DNA of 63,573 nucleotides, counting the filler, from Trichomonas gallinae (Eukaryota), in NCBI GenBank assembly GCA_008369845.1. It is 6 parts of 6 records of this genome, joined end to end, with 100 filler letters (N's around TTAATTAATTAA, not from the genome) between each part and the next. Parts side by side here need not be neighbours in the genome. Positions count along the whole stretch, not along the records: positions 48,105 to 55,415 come from MRSU01000300.1; positions 55,516 to 61,717 come from MRSU01000306.1; positions 61,818 to 63,573 come from MRSU01000310.1; 3 more parts are not named here. The stretch is one strand, 5' to 3'. Under the pieces are notes generated by a model. The model made no database searches. It was not told the DNA's origin and saw only the letters and a list, made by a program, of their open reading frames with translations. A program made the translations under genes and the position numbers. How positions within the stretch are numbered: position 1 is the stretch's first letter; each line of letters begins with the position of its first letter. This document shows positions 55,026-63,573 of the stretch, piece by piece.

Positions 55026-55283
55026 ATGAATGAACTTGAAAAGCTATTTGAAGAAAAAGAGATTCCATACATTTTGATAGGTGATAAATACACTCTATTC
55101 AGTTGTAATGGATTTCCTGTTCTAAATATTGAAATCGATGAAGGATTTTTAATTAGACCAGTAAATTTGAATATTGATTCTCTCGATGAATATTATTTCG
55201 AAAGAGATTGTGGATGTTATAAGATATTTGATTTTGATAGATTATATGATATATATTTGTGGCGTGCTAGAGACTTTGAATAA
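55026..55283 (+). CDS. Small acidic/aromatic element protein
   Basis: 85-aa ORF 23 bp after the capsid stop, with the same upstream motif. Confidence 0.6.
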   Translation: MNELEKLFEEKEIPYILIGDKYTLFSCNGFPVLNIEIDEGFLIRPVNLNIDSLDEYYFERDCGCYKIFDFDRLYDIYLWRARDFE

Positions 55284-56096
55284 TAAAAATAAATTTGATT
55301 AGTCATAAGTAGTAATATAGTAATAATCTGCATCTGGTTCGATTCCAGAAATCTAATCTAATTTATTTTTTATTTAATATTTTTGCTGATATATGGGAGG
55401 GGACTCGTGGGCACTNNNNNNNNNNNNNNNNNNNNNNNNNNNNNNNNNNNNNNNNNNNNTTAATTAATTAANNNNNNNNNNNNNNNNNNNNNNNNNNNNN
55501 NNNNNNNNNNNNNNNTCCGATTTTAAGCCCCAAAAGTTGTTTGTGAGCATCTCATAGCATAAGACTTCGGAACCTCATTAGAAACATATATGTTAGGTTT
55601 TCGAATTTCGCCTCGAAAAAACGAGCCTGAGTTATAGCATATCCTCTTACATGCAATCACAGAACACTAGTTATAATTATTCAGAAGTTTTCAGAAAAAT
55701 TGTACAGTGAATTTTCGAGATCCGTTATCAAACTCTACAATGTTTCTTTCTTTATATATTTTCAAAATTATAACAATATTTCAAAAGTTTTGGATAAATA
55801 TGCTGTAACTCGTAACTATATGAGTAGATTAAAAATACAATTAATCATATTATTTCATTTCTAGTAATACTGTTTTTTTGATCAGAAAATGAAATTTTTA
55901 TAGAAAAAACAAATTTTTAAAATTTTATAATAAAAATGTGTGATTTTATATTCCTCTGTACATGAGCATCTCTAAGGCTGCATACCTTATATACGAAGTA
56001 TGGGGCAAAAATTCAGTTACTCAAAACTCCGAGGTACCTTTATTTACATGTCAAATATTTATTCAAAGTCAAGATGTTAAGTAATTTAATCATAAT

Positions 56097-56745
56097 TCAT
56101 CCATAGAAATATAAAAAAATTAAGAAATACTTCGAAATTTCGTTGAAATATGCACAATTTGATGAACATTTTTCGAATTTAAAATCTATGGAGTAGTAAC
56201 CATATAGTTCAAACCCGGAATGTCTAGCGTAAACTAAATCTTGTCTTTCATTCCGACTGAGATAAATATTCATCCTAAAATAGTTGAAAAACTGACGATT
56301 ATCAATATAATATCGCTTTGTAGCAGTCTCACCACATCTAAACGGGAACCTGTCTCCAGTATAATAAGGACAGAAGTCAGTAGTATTCTCTTTTGTATAT
56401 ACAACGCTATCAAGCAGTGTCCACGATGATTTATCGTTTGCTCCAAAAAAACTCCAATTAGTGGGCGGAGTTGTGCCCTTTAATATGGTGAACTCGTACG
56501 CAAATGGTAATATATTTAGTGGTCTAGGTATATGTCAAAATATTCCATGTGGGTGTCTTTTGGGTAGTATTTTGTTGCAGGATTTGTGATAATAAAAGAA
56601 ATATCGTCATCATTGGACAGTGCTGCCTTTATCGTGTTTCTTCTTGAATATGATGAAAATATTCCATCATACGGGAGTGAACTATTGAAGAGCCTCAAAA
56701 CATCAAAATCATATGACACTTTTCCAACACTCAACAATCATCATT
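56097..56745 (-). pseudogene. Frameshifted F5/8 type C (discoidin)-like family gene
   Basis: ...MEYFDIYLDH, frameshift near 56516, then NILPFAYEF...PTNWSFFGANDKSSWTLLD...FNYFRM...SGFELYGY...hydrophobic tail, TGA at 56097-56099. Confidence 0.65.
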
Positions 56746-56932
56746 TGCTCACATATTCCCAAAACCACAATTTTCCAATTCAATAGCCATATTTTGCAAT
56801 AATATTAATCATCTTGAATAAAATTATAGTAATTTCGACATTTATCTTTAAATATTTATATTATAATTTTATGTATTGATGATAGATAAATAGAATTAGG
56901 CTTGGTTATAAAAAAATAAAAATATCAGAAAT

Positions 56933-57769
56933 TTAATCACTCATGGCAACTGTGCAAATGTAATCACCTCCAAGTGGACAATCTGGGTGCTGTTCTAACA
57001 CGGCAATTGTGCCCTTCTTGCCAATTGATTCGATATACATCTGAACGTTAGCAATGACAATGCCGATATCGAAACAGCCTCCATTTGTTGTATACATGTC
57101 GTATAATGTAGTGTAAATGTGGATTTGTGGCTCGTCAAAAACAATTCTGTAAGCATGTGGCTTGCAAGCGCATGGAATCTTATTCAAAGCCATGCAGATG
57201 ACACTTCTATCGCCAACAGTTTCAGATGTGATGGCTTTTCCTGCCTTGAGGTCGTAGAATTTATCTTTGTATTCATTAGCACCTCTGAATGAGCCAAAGA
57301 ACTTGACAACATGTTCAACCCAGCGATCTTTATCATCTCCACCGAATGCTATAACTGCTGGAACTTGGCAATTGCCGCCACAGAATTGTTCTGCTTTTCC
57401 ACGGTTGTAGGTGCCGCCAATCCAGCATGTAGCGATGTCATTCTTTGTCATTTCCATAACGCAACGCTGAAGAAGGTATCCAATATCTATGAATTGGAGT
57501 CTTTGTTTGACCTTATCTTTTTCTTCTGTAATCTTTGGGAATAACCAGCCAGACTCATTGACAATGAATCCAAGCTTACCGAAACCATTCGGTGCAATCT
57601 TAATATCGATCTCAGAGTTGAAAATTCTTGGATGTTCATTAATCTTCTTGACTAATTCTGTAACAAAGTTCATCTTTTCCTCTGGAAAAGGTGCCTTTGA
57701 GAAGTTTCTTGTTGAGTGTCTCTTCTCGAATGCTTGGTGCATCGCTGTGTCAACCTTGGGTTCAGCCAT
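56933..57769 (-). CDS. Nitroreductase-family flavoprotein (TM1586-like two-module type)
   Basis: AFEKRHSTRNF FMN-binding start, DIGY..Q..V......IATCWIGG, and a second module ending DIGIVIAN. Confidence 0.85.
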   Translation of the reverse strand: MAEPKVDTAMHQAFEKRHSTRNFSKAPFPEEKMNFVTELVKKINEHPRIFNSEIDIKIAPNGFGKLGFIVNESGWLFPKITEEKDKVKQRLQFIDIGYLLQRCVMEMTKNDIATCWIGGTYNRGKAEQFCGGNCQVPAVIAFGGDDKDRWVEHVVKFFGSFRGANEYKDKFYDLKAGKAITSETVGDRSVICMALNKIPCACKPHAYRIVFDEPQIHIYTTLYDMYTTNGGCFDIGIVIANVQMYIESIGKKGTIAVLEQHPDCPLGGDYICTVAMSD

Positions 57770-58495
57770 TATTTATGAAGTGTCATTTTTTTATTCTTTA
57801 GGTTTACTTTGAATAGGTTATCAAATTTATAAAAATTTGTTCGTCATTCAATTTTTTGTAAAGTTACAGGCGTAAGTTCTTTCAAAAACTATATAAATAA
57901 ACTTAACTATAATAATAGGATAATATATCATAAAATTTATTAAAATTTTTAACGATAAGATTTGAATTCGAAATAATCGTTTGATGAACCTTATACGGGC
58001 GCGAAGGCACTTGTGAATTGTTGAAAAATTACTATTCAATATATGATTTCGACAATTTTCGATTATCAAAATTGCAAACCTTTTACGGGCGCTATAGCAG
58101 AGTAAAAATTTTGCAAAATTTTAATCGCTGCGATTTTTCGATTGATATATAATATGTATCCTTTATATTTCAATATTTCGACAGCGATTACCATTTCTAG
58201 TCACTTTTCACAAAAAAATATTAACAGATTTCTAAAATAAAGCAATTGACATATGTGCAACATTCTATTCAAATGATTGTGATATGTACTGTTTAAATTG
58301 TAACTATCTCGCAAGAATTACCTATTTTTAGTTTCAATGAAAAACATTTTAAAAACATCGCAAAACAAGGAAATAAGTATTAAAATAATCGATACTAAAG
58401 ACAGCTTGTTATCAGTAACCTTCTTTCTATCATGAAAATCAATGATGATCTTAAATGTCATGTAAATAAAAATTTTGACAAATAAAATCTTCAAA

Positions 58496-59614
58496 ATGAA
58501 TGATGAGATTTTGAGTGATGCGATTGCTTTAAGGCATGAGTTGCACTCAATTGCAGAGCTTTCTGGCAAAGAGACGAGAACGAAAAAGCGATTAATGGAG
58601 TTTTTAGCTCAAAAAACAAATTTAGAAGTTGTTGATCGTGGATTTTGGTTTTATGCTGTTTATAAATCAAAAAATCCCAAAGGATCTGTCGCATTTCGCG
58701 CAGATTTTGATGCTATTGGCGTGACAGAAAGAACAAAAATACCATATTGCTCCACAAATCCAGAAGCTGCCCATAAATGCGGTCATGATGGTCACAGCAG
58801 TACCCTTGCCGCATTTGCAAGAGTTATTTCACAAGACGTCTATGATAAAGATGTTTATTTTATATTCCAAAATGCAGAAGAAATTGGTGAAGGTGGAGAG
58901 CCAGCATCCAAGCTTCTTGAAGAGAAAAACATCCAAAATGTGTTTGCTGTCCACAATTGCCCTGGTGTTAAGTTTGGAAATTTGGGTTTGATCAATGGAA
59001 CAGTTAATTGTGCATCAAAGGGCCTCATAATCAAGTTCCATGGTATTCCTTCGCATGCCAGTGAACCAGAAAAAGGTAGAAATCCTTCTTGCGCAATAAG
59101 CAAAACCGTTTTGGAAGTTGACACATTTTTGCGAGAAAGAAAGTTCAAAGGAATTACTTTAGCTACTGTTATCCAGATAAAAGTTGGTGAGCGAACATTT
59201 GGAGTTTCTGCCTTTGAAGGAGAGCTTCTTTACACATTGAGAGGCGAACACGAATCAGAATATGATGAACTCGAGAGAAAAGTGAAAGAATTTGCAGAAA
59301 AGAATGCAAAAGATTATCAGCTTCGCATAGAATACGAATACAGTGAGCCTTTCCCTGCAACAGTCAATCACGATGAAAGCGTTGATTTCTTAAGGAAACT
59401 CGCAAAAGAAGAAAACTTTGAAGTTTACGAAATGCCAGAACCAATCAAAGCAAGTGAAGACTTCGGATACTACTTAAGGAAAGCCAAGGGCGCTCTTATA
59501 TGGATAGGAGCAGGAGAGAATCATCCACCTCTTCACAGTGCTGATTTCGATTTCAATGACAATCTGATTCCTGTTGTTGTCAGATTATTCAAATCAATAG
59601 TTGAAAGATTATGA
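58496..59614 (+). CDS. M20D family amidohydrolase
   Basis: RHELHSIAELSG.E, RADFDA, HKCGHDGH, FQNAEEIGEG, HASEPEKG, SEDF, LHSADFDFND; ATG at 58496. Confidence 0.92.
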   Translation: MNDEILSDAIALRHELHSIAELSGKETRTKKRLMEFLAQKTNLEVVDRGFWFYAVYKSKNPKGSVAFRADFDAIGVTERTKIPYCSTNPEAAHKCGHDGHSSTLAAFARVISQDVYDKDVYFIFQNAEEIGEGGEPASKLLEEKNIQNVFAVHNCPGVKFGNLGLINGTVNCASKGLIIKFHGIPSHASEPEKGRNPSCAISKTVLEVDTFLRERKFKGITLATVIQIKVGERTFGVSAFEGELLYTLRGEHESEYDELERKVKEFAEKNAKDYQLRIEYEYSEPFPATVNHDESVDFLRKLAKEENFEVYEMPEPIKASEDFGYYLRKAKGALIWIGAGENHPPLHSADFDFNDNLIPVVVRLFKSIVERL

Positions 59615-59739
59615 ATGGATATAAAACTGACTAGTTTACACTGCTACAGTAAAAAGTGACGATGCCTGAAAATTATATAAAATTATAACTTAAGCTAAAC
59701 GAATGATTGCGAGCTCAAAAAGCACAAAAAACGAGAGAC

Positions 59740-59990
59740 TTTTCCATCTCAAATATATGATGTCATTAAGTTTGATGGTTTTTCTGGATATTCAGGTGGA
59801 ACAATTTATTGTTCCAATTCAAGACATTCGTTGGTTGTAAATACATGCTATATTCTAAACTGTAGATGTTCTGATCGTGGAGGTGGCATATTGGCAAAAG
59901 GTTGTTATGCAAAAATTATAAAATCATGTTTTTATGACAAATATAGCCCTACGGATTCTGATTATATGATTTGGGATCAAACATCAAATA
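59740..59990 (+). pseudogene. Fragment of a GGxI-repeat (Pmp-like beta-helix) family gene
   Basis: Reads FSGYSGGTIYCSN...VNTCYILNCRCSDRGGGILAK...IKSCFY, with stops upstream and an A-rich run downstream. Confidence 0.5.
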
Positions 59991-60466
59991 GCAAAATAGA
60001 AAAAAGAGAGGAAAAGAAGGAAAAAGAAAAAAAAATGGACATATGCGATAGAGATGTTCCCCGCTGGAGGCGATGACACAGCGTCCGCACCGTAGGCGCA
60101 GCGGAGCTATCATCGCCGGAGGCCCGATTTTATTTTTCAAAAATGCCCATTGAGCGGTCATTTTTTTATTTTGCACAAGCTTACTATAATGTAAGGATTA
60201 TATATCCAAAATATTAGTTCATACTTCCGATATTTTATTTTTTTCATATTTAAAAAATCTGAACCATACTATTTCCTTTTAACCATATTCTAATTACAAT
60301 AAAATATGTTATTTAACACATATCAATTTATATTAAAATGAGTTTGATAAAATATTTTCATTCGACCGCCGTCAATAGTCATATTTTGTTGTGCGAAATG
60401 GCTTTATTATGATATAACTAGAAGATTGGCATCAAAATATAAATCGACTTCACAAGTTATTAAAAA

Positions 60467-61483
60467 ATGTCTACACACACAACAACAAGGAGATTGTCGA
60501 ATATTTTAAGCGAAGGTATGGACATTGACCCAAATGCTAAGCCAGAAGACATCTTTGAGATTGTCAAAGAGATCGGAAAAGGTGGATTTGGTGCCGTATA
60601 TTTAATGAAACACATTCAATCCGGAATGCTGCTTGCAGGCAAAGCTATTAACGCAGAAGTCTTTACTGGACCAGCAAGAGAATCAATTATCAAAGAAACA
60701 GATTTACTTCGAAAAATTTCTACACCATATACAATCCAATATTTCGGAAATATAACATACAAAGACTCACCGATGATTTTAATGGAGTATTGTGACCGTG
60801 GATCCCTCAGGGACATAATGGATTATAATACTCAGCAATTAACTGAACCACAAGCTGCACTTGTCGTACGCGATTTGTTGAATGGAGTCAATGTGCTTCA
60901 CAATAAGTTCAAAATTTTGCACAGAGACATTAAAGCTGCGAATATTTTAGTCACATCGAACGGCGAAATTAAAATTACAGATTTTGGTGTTAGCAGAGAA
61001 TTCTCTAATGACAAATTTAGTACGTCTACACCTATCGGCACACCTTATTGGATGGCTCCTGAGGTAATTTGTGGTTTGCAATACAGTTTTCCAGCTGATG
61101 TCTGGTCTATTGGTGCCACTGCTGTAGAATTGATTGAAGGAGCACCACCGTACTGCGAACTTGAGCCAAATAAAGCTATGTTGAAAATATCAAGAAATGG
61201 ATTTCCAGGATTTCGTTCTCCAAAAACAATTTCGAGAGAATTTAAAGATTTTATTGCACATACAATGTCTCGTGATCCTCTAAAACGCTGCACAATTCAT
61301 CAATTATTGCACCATCCATGGATTCAGCAATGCGAGTCATTAAACAGAGACGAAGTCCTCAAGCCAATCATTGAAACGCGAGTTGACATGAATGTTATAT
61401 TTGATAAAATCGGCTCTAAAGAAGCCACGACGCCACAAGAGCAGTGGATTAATACGGCAAGAAATACTCTCAGAAAGTATTAA
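60467..61483 (+). CDS. STE20-family Ser/Thr protein kinase
   Basis: GKGGFG, AGK, MEYCDRGS, HRDIKAANIL, DFG, GTPYWMAPE. Confidence 0.93.
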   Translation: MSTHTTTRRLSNILSEGMDIDPNAKPEDIFEIVKEIGKGGFGAVYLMKHIQSGMLLAGKAINAEVFTGPARESIIKETDLLRKISTPYTIQYFGNITYKDSPMILMEYCDRGSLRDIMDYNTQQLTEPQAALVVRDLLNGVNVLHNKFKILHRDIKAANILVTSNGEIKITDFGVSREFSNDKFSTSTPIGTPYWMAPEVICGLQYSFPADVWSIGATAVELIEGAPPYCELEPNKAMLKISRNGFPGFRSPKTISREFKDFIAHTMSRDPLKRCTIHQLLHHPWIQQCESLNRDEVLKPIIETRVDMNVIFDKIGSKEATTPQEQWINTARNTLRKY

Positions 61484-61864
61484 TTTGTTTTGTATGTTGA
61501 ATCATTTAACTTAAATCATATGCGATGAAAAATTAATTTTGAATTTTTAATATATTTTATACATATGTCAACTAGAAATTTAACTAGTTTTTAGTTTTAA
61601 ACGTAATATATATTTCATTAAGGCTCGACCGACATAATTAGTGAGGGGGTGACACCAAAATGGATTTTTCATTCATGGGTAGGGGGTCATGCATGCTGTT
61701 ACGTGTGTTTTGACCAANNNNNNNNNNNNNNNNNNNNNNNNNNNNNNNNNNNNNNNNNNNNTTAATTAATTAANNNNNNNNNNNNNNNNNNNNNNNNNNN
61801 NNNNNNNNNNNNNNNNNAAGATTATATTTCATACATTAAATATGACTTCTGATGAAAAAAAATA

Positions 61865-62072
61865 ATTAATTCAAATTATCTCCAAAACAGACGTACGTCG
61901 AGGAAAGTCGCCGTTACAGATCATATTCCCCTATGCCATATGTATCCAACAGGCATGGTTTCGAGTCGATCTGAAAAGGCGGAGGGGGTTCCCCCCCTTT
62001 TATTTACATGTCAGATATATTTCTTTATGCCGAATTGTTATGATTTTTTAAAATGCGACTAATACAATTAAT
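61865..62072 (+). ncRNA. RNase MRP (or RNase P) RNA candidate
   Basis: CR-I-like GAGGAAAGTCGC (61900-61911) pairs with GCGACT (62055-62060) as P4; P1 ATTAATT/AATTAAT; P2 AAATTAT/ATGATTT; P3 CTC..GAC-GTAC-GTC-GAG. Confidence 0.6.
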
Positions 62073-63573
62073 GTTTATGAAATCAAAAGCGTAGGTTTAA
62101 AATCATATGAAATCAATGATTTCGCCCTATTGTTCTTTTTTTTTTCGAGCAAGAGGAGCACATTAGCGGCTCAGAAATATTTCTGATATTTACATACGTA
62201 AATATTACAAAAAAAAAGTATCTATTATTCTTCTTAATATGGATTGCTTTATTTAAAAACATACAAAAGTGTTTTTTAGAAAAATGAATATTTTTAAAAT
62301 TTAATGTTATAAAATTATAATATAACATATTTAAAGTTAAATTTACTACTTATTTGAATTTTTACTTGAGTATTAGGAAATGCAGGGAATGTTTATATAC
62401 GTAAAATGCTTTTTTAATTTTGGAATAATGCAGCTCATATCAATATATATATCAACCTAAATCTAATGATTTTTTTAGAGATATTCTGAAATTGATTTTA
62501 TTTAGAATGCGGATCGTTGCTGCACAATAGTTAATACTGCACATATGTTTTTGATAAATTCGTTATGATTCAATAAATCAATGATTTTCTATACAAAATG
62601 ATAGAAATATCGATTTGCAGAAAGTAAATCAATATTTCTGTTAATTATTGAGTCATGTGTTAACATAATACTATAATTATTTGCCGGAATACCAATAATA
62701 AGTTATTTGCTACAAATTTATATTTCATTCCTGAATTTAATGGATTTGAATGAATAAAAATATAGTCAATGTATAATACAGATGGCTCTTATATGAATAT
62801 AAGTATTATTTATGCATAGATTCAATAGCATGATTGAGGAGAAGAGCAAATAAAAATTGACAAATGAAAAATCAAAAAATTGAGGTCGTATAGAAATGAA
62901 CATAGTCTTTTGAATCTATATCATGTAAAAGACTTACCAATTGAACTAAAATAGCAGAGATTATTTGTCAAAATATTTTAGGTATTTAATGGGATTAGCT
63001 GGACTGAGATTTTTTGGATTGTTTATTCAGCATCAATCCTATAGTAGTAATATGTAAATTGTTAATAAACAATTTCATTTCTATCATTATTTTTATCATT
63101 TACCATTTAAATTGTCGAGAAATTCGAAAAATTCGATTTTAAAAAGTTTTTTTTGGAAGACTTTACAAACGGTTTTTATAAATTTTTATTGATGGGCACA
63201 TTTCGAAAATTTCTACTCCAGATCATTAAAAACTGGGATTGAATCCACCTCTCAGACAGAAAGCTAAAAATATGCACCGAATGCAAAAAAGAAACCAAAT
63301 TTTTTGGCAAAAACGTGACAGGCATTACTTTTCTTCCTTCCAAATAAGAAGAACATAATGAAAATTCGTATAAAATGAATGGAACGGATCAAGATCAATT
63401 TTTTAAATTATTGAAAATTTTCGATGAAAAATTCTATGAAAATCAGAAGTGTTTCAACTCGCTTTCTGGCTTTGTGATAGGATTTGAGATCTTAAAGTTC
63501 TAAAGTATCATTTTTATGTCCATCTGATTAATATATGTAAATTTCAGCTTAATTTGGAGAAATAAATTAATAA

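Larger units (their letters stand above)
48105..55415. mobile_element. Polinton-like / Maverick-related virus fragment (virion morphogenesis module)
   Basis: The whole contig is 8 densely packed ORFs (gaps of -8 to 34 bp), including an A32-type ATPase and capsid-like proteins, unlike the widely spaced host genes. Confidence 0.8.

Noticed and set aside
60037..60125. U6, U4 or HDV-ribozyme identity for the GC-rich island
   Set aside because: It has GATGACAC but lacks ACAGAGA and the AGC triad, has no U4 stem-I sequence, and HDV P1/P3 pairings do not form.
62113..63573. AT-rich tail with short ORFs
   Set aside because: No recognisable protein motif, repeat or RNA structure that I can support.

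Overview
AT-rich eukaryotic DNA from a trichomonad (Parabasalia, Trichomonas-like). Evidence for this: the EF-1alpha N-terminus, nearly intron-free compact genes, Inr/M2/M3/M5-type promoter motifs, and BspA, ankyrin and glycine-rich gene families. The window is six contig pieces joined by 100-nt artificial linkers (N44-TTAATTAATTAA-N44) at 16156-16255, 41214-41313, 48005-48104, 55416-55515 and 61718-61817, so adjacency across linkers is not evidence of real synteny. Most contigs carry ordinary host genes: Nup54, DDX3/Ded1, Yip1 (with a 25-nt intron), eL42, RFC1, PDCD5, ribophorin I, CAP-Gly, RING, GRIP golgin, nitroreductase, M20 amidohydrolase and an STE20 kinase. There are also three tRNA genes, a U2 snRNA, a probable RNase MRP/P RNA and several pseudogenes. 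The standout is contig 48105-55415, a tightly packed virus-like module. It has an A32/FtsK-HerA-type packaging ATPase, putative major and minor jelly-roll capsid proteins, a small protein with an amphipathic N-terminus, a basic protein, a long Pro/Thr-rich protein and a tRNA-like (B-box) hairpin at the right end. This looks like the morphogenesis module of a Polinton-like/Maverick-related virus; no polymerase, integrase or protease gene is visible in the fragment. All family calls come from reading motifs by eye; no searches were run.
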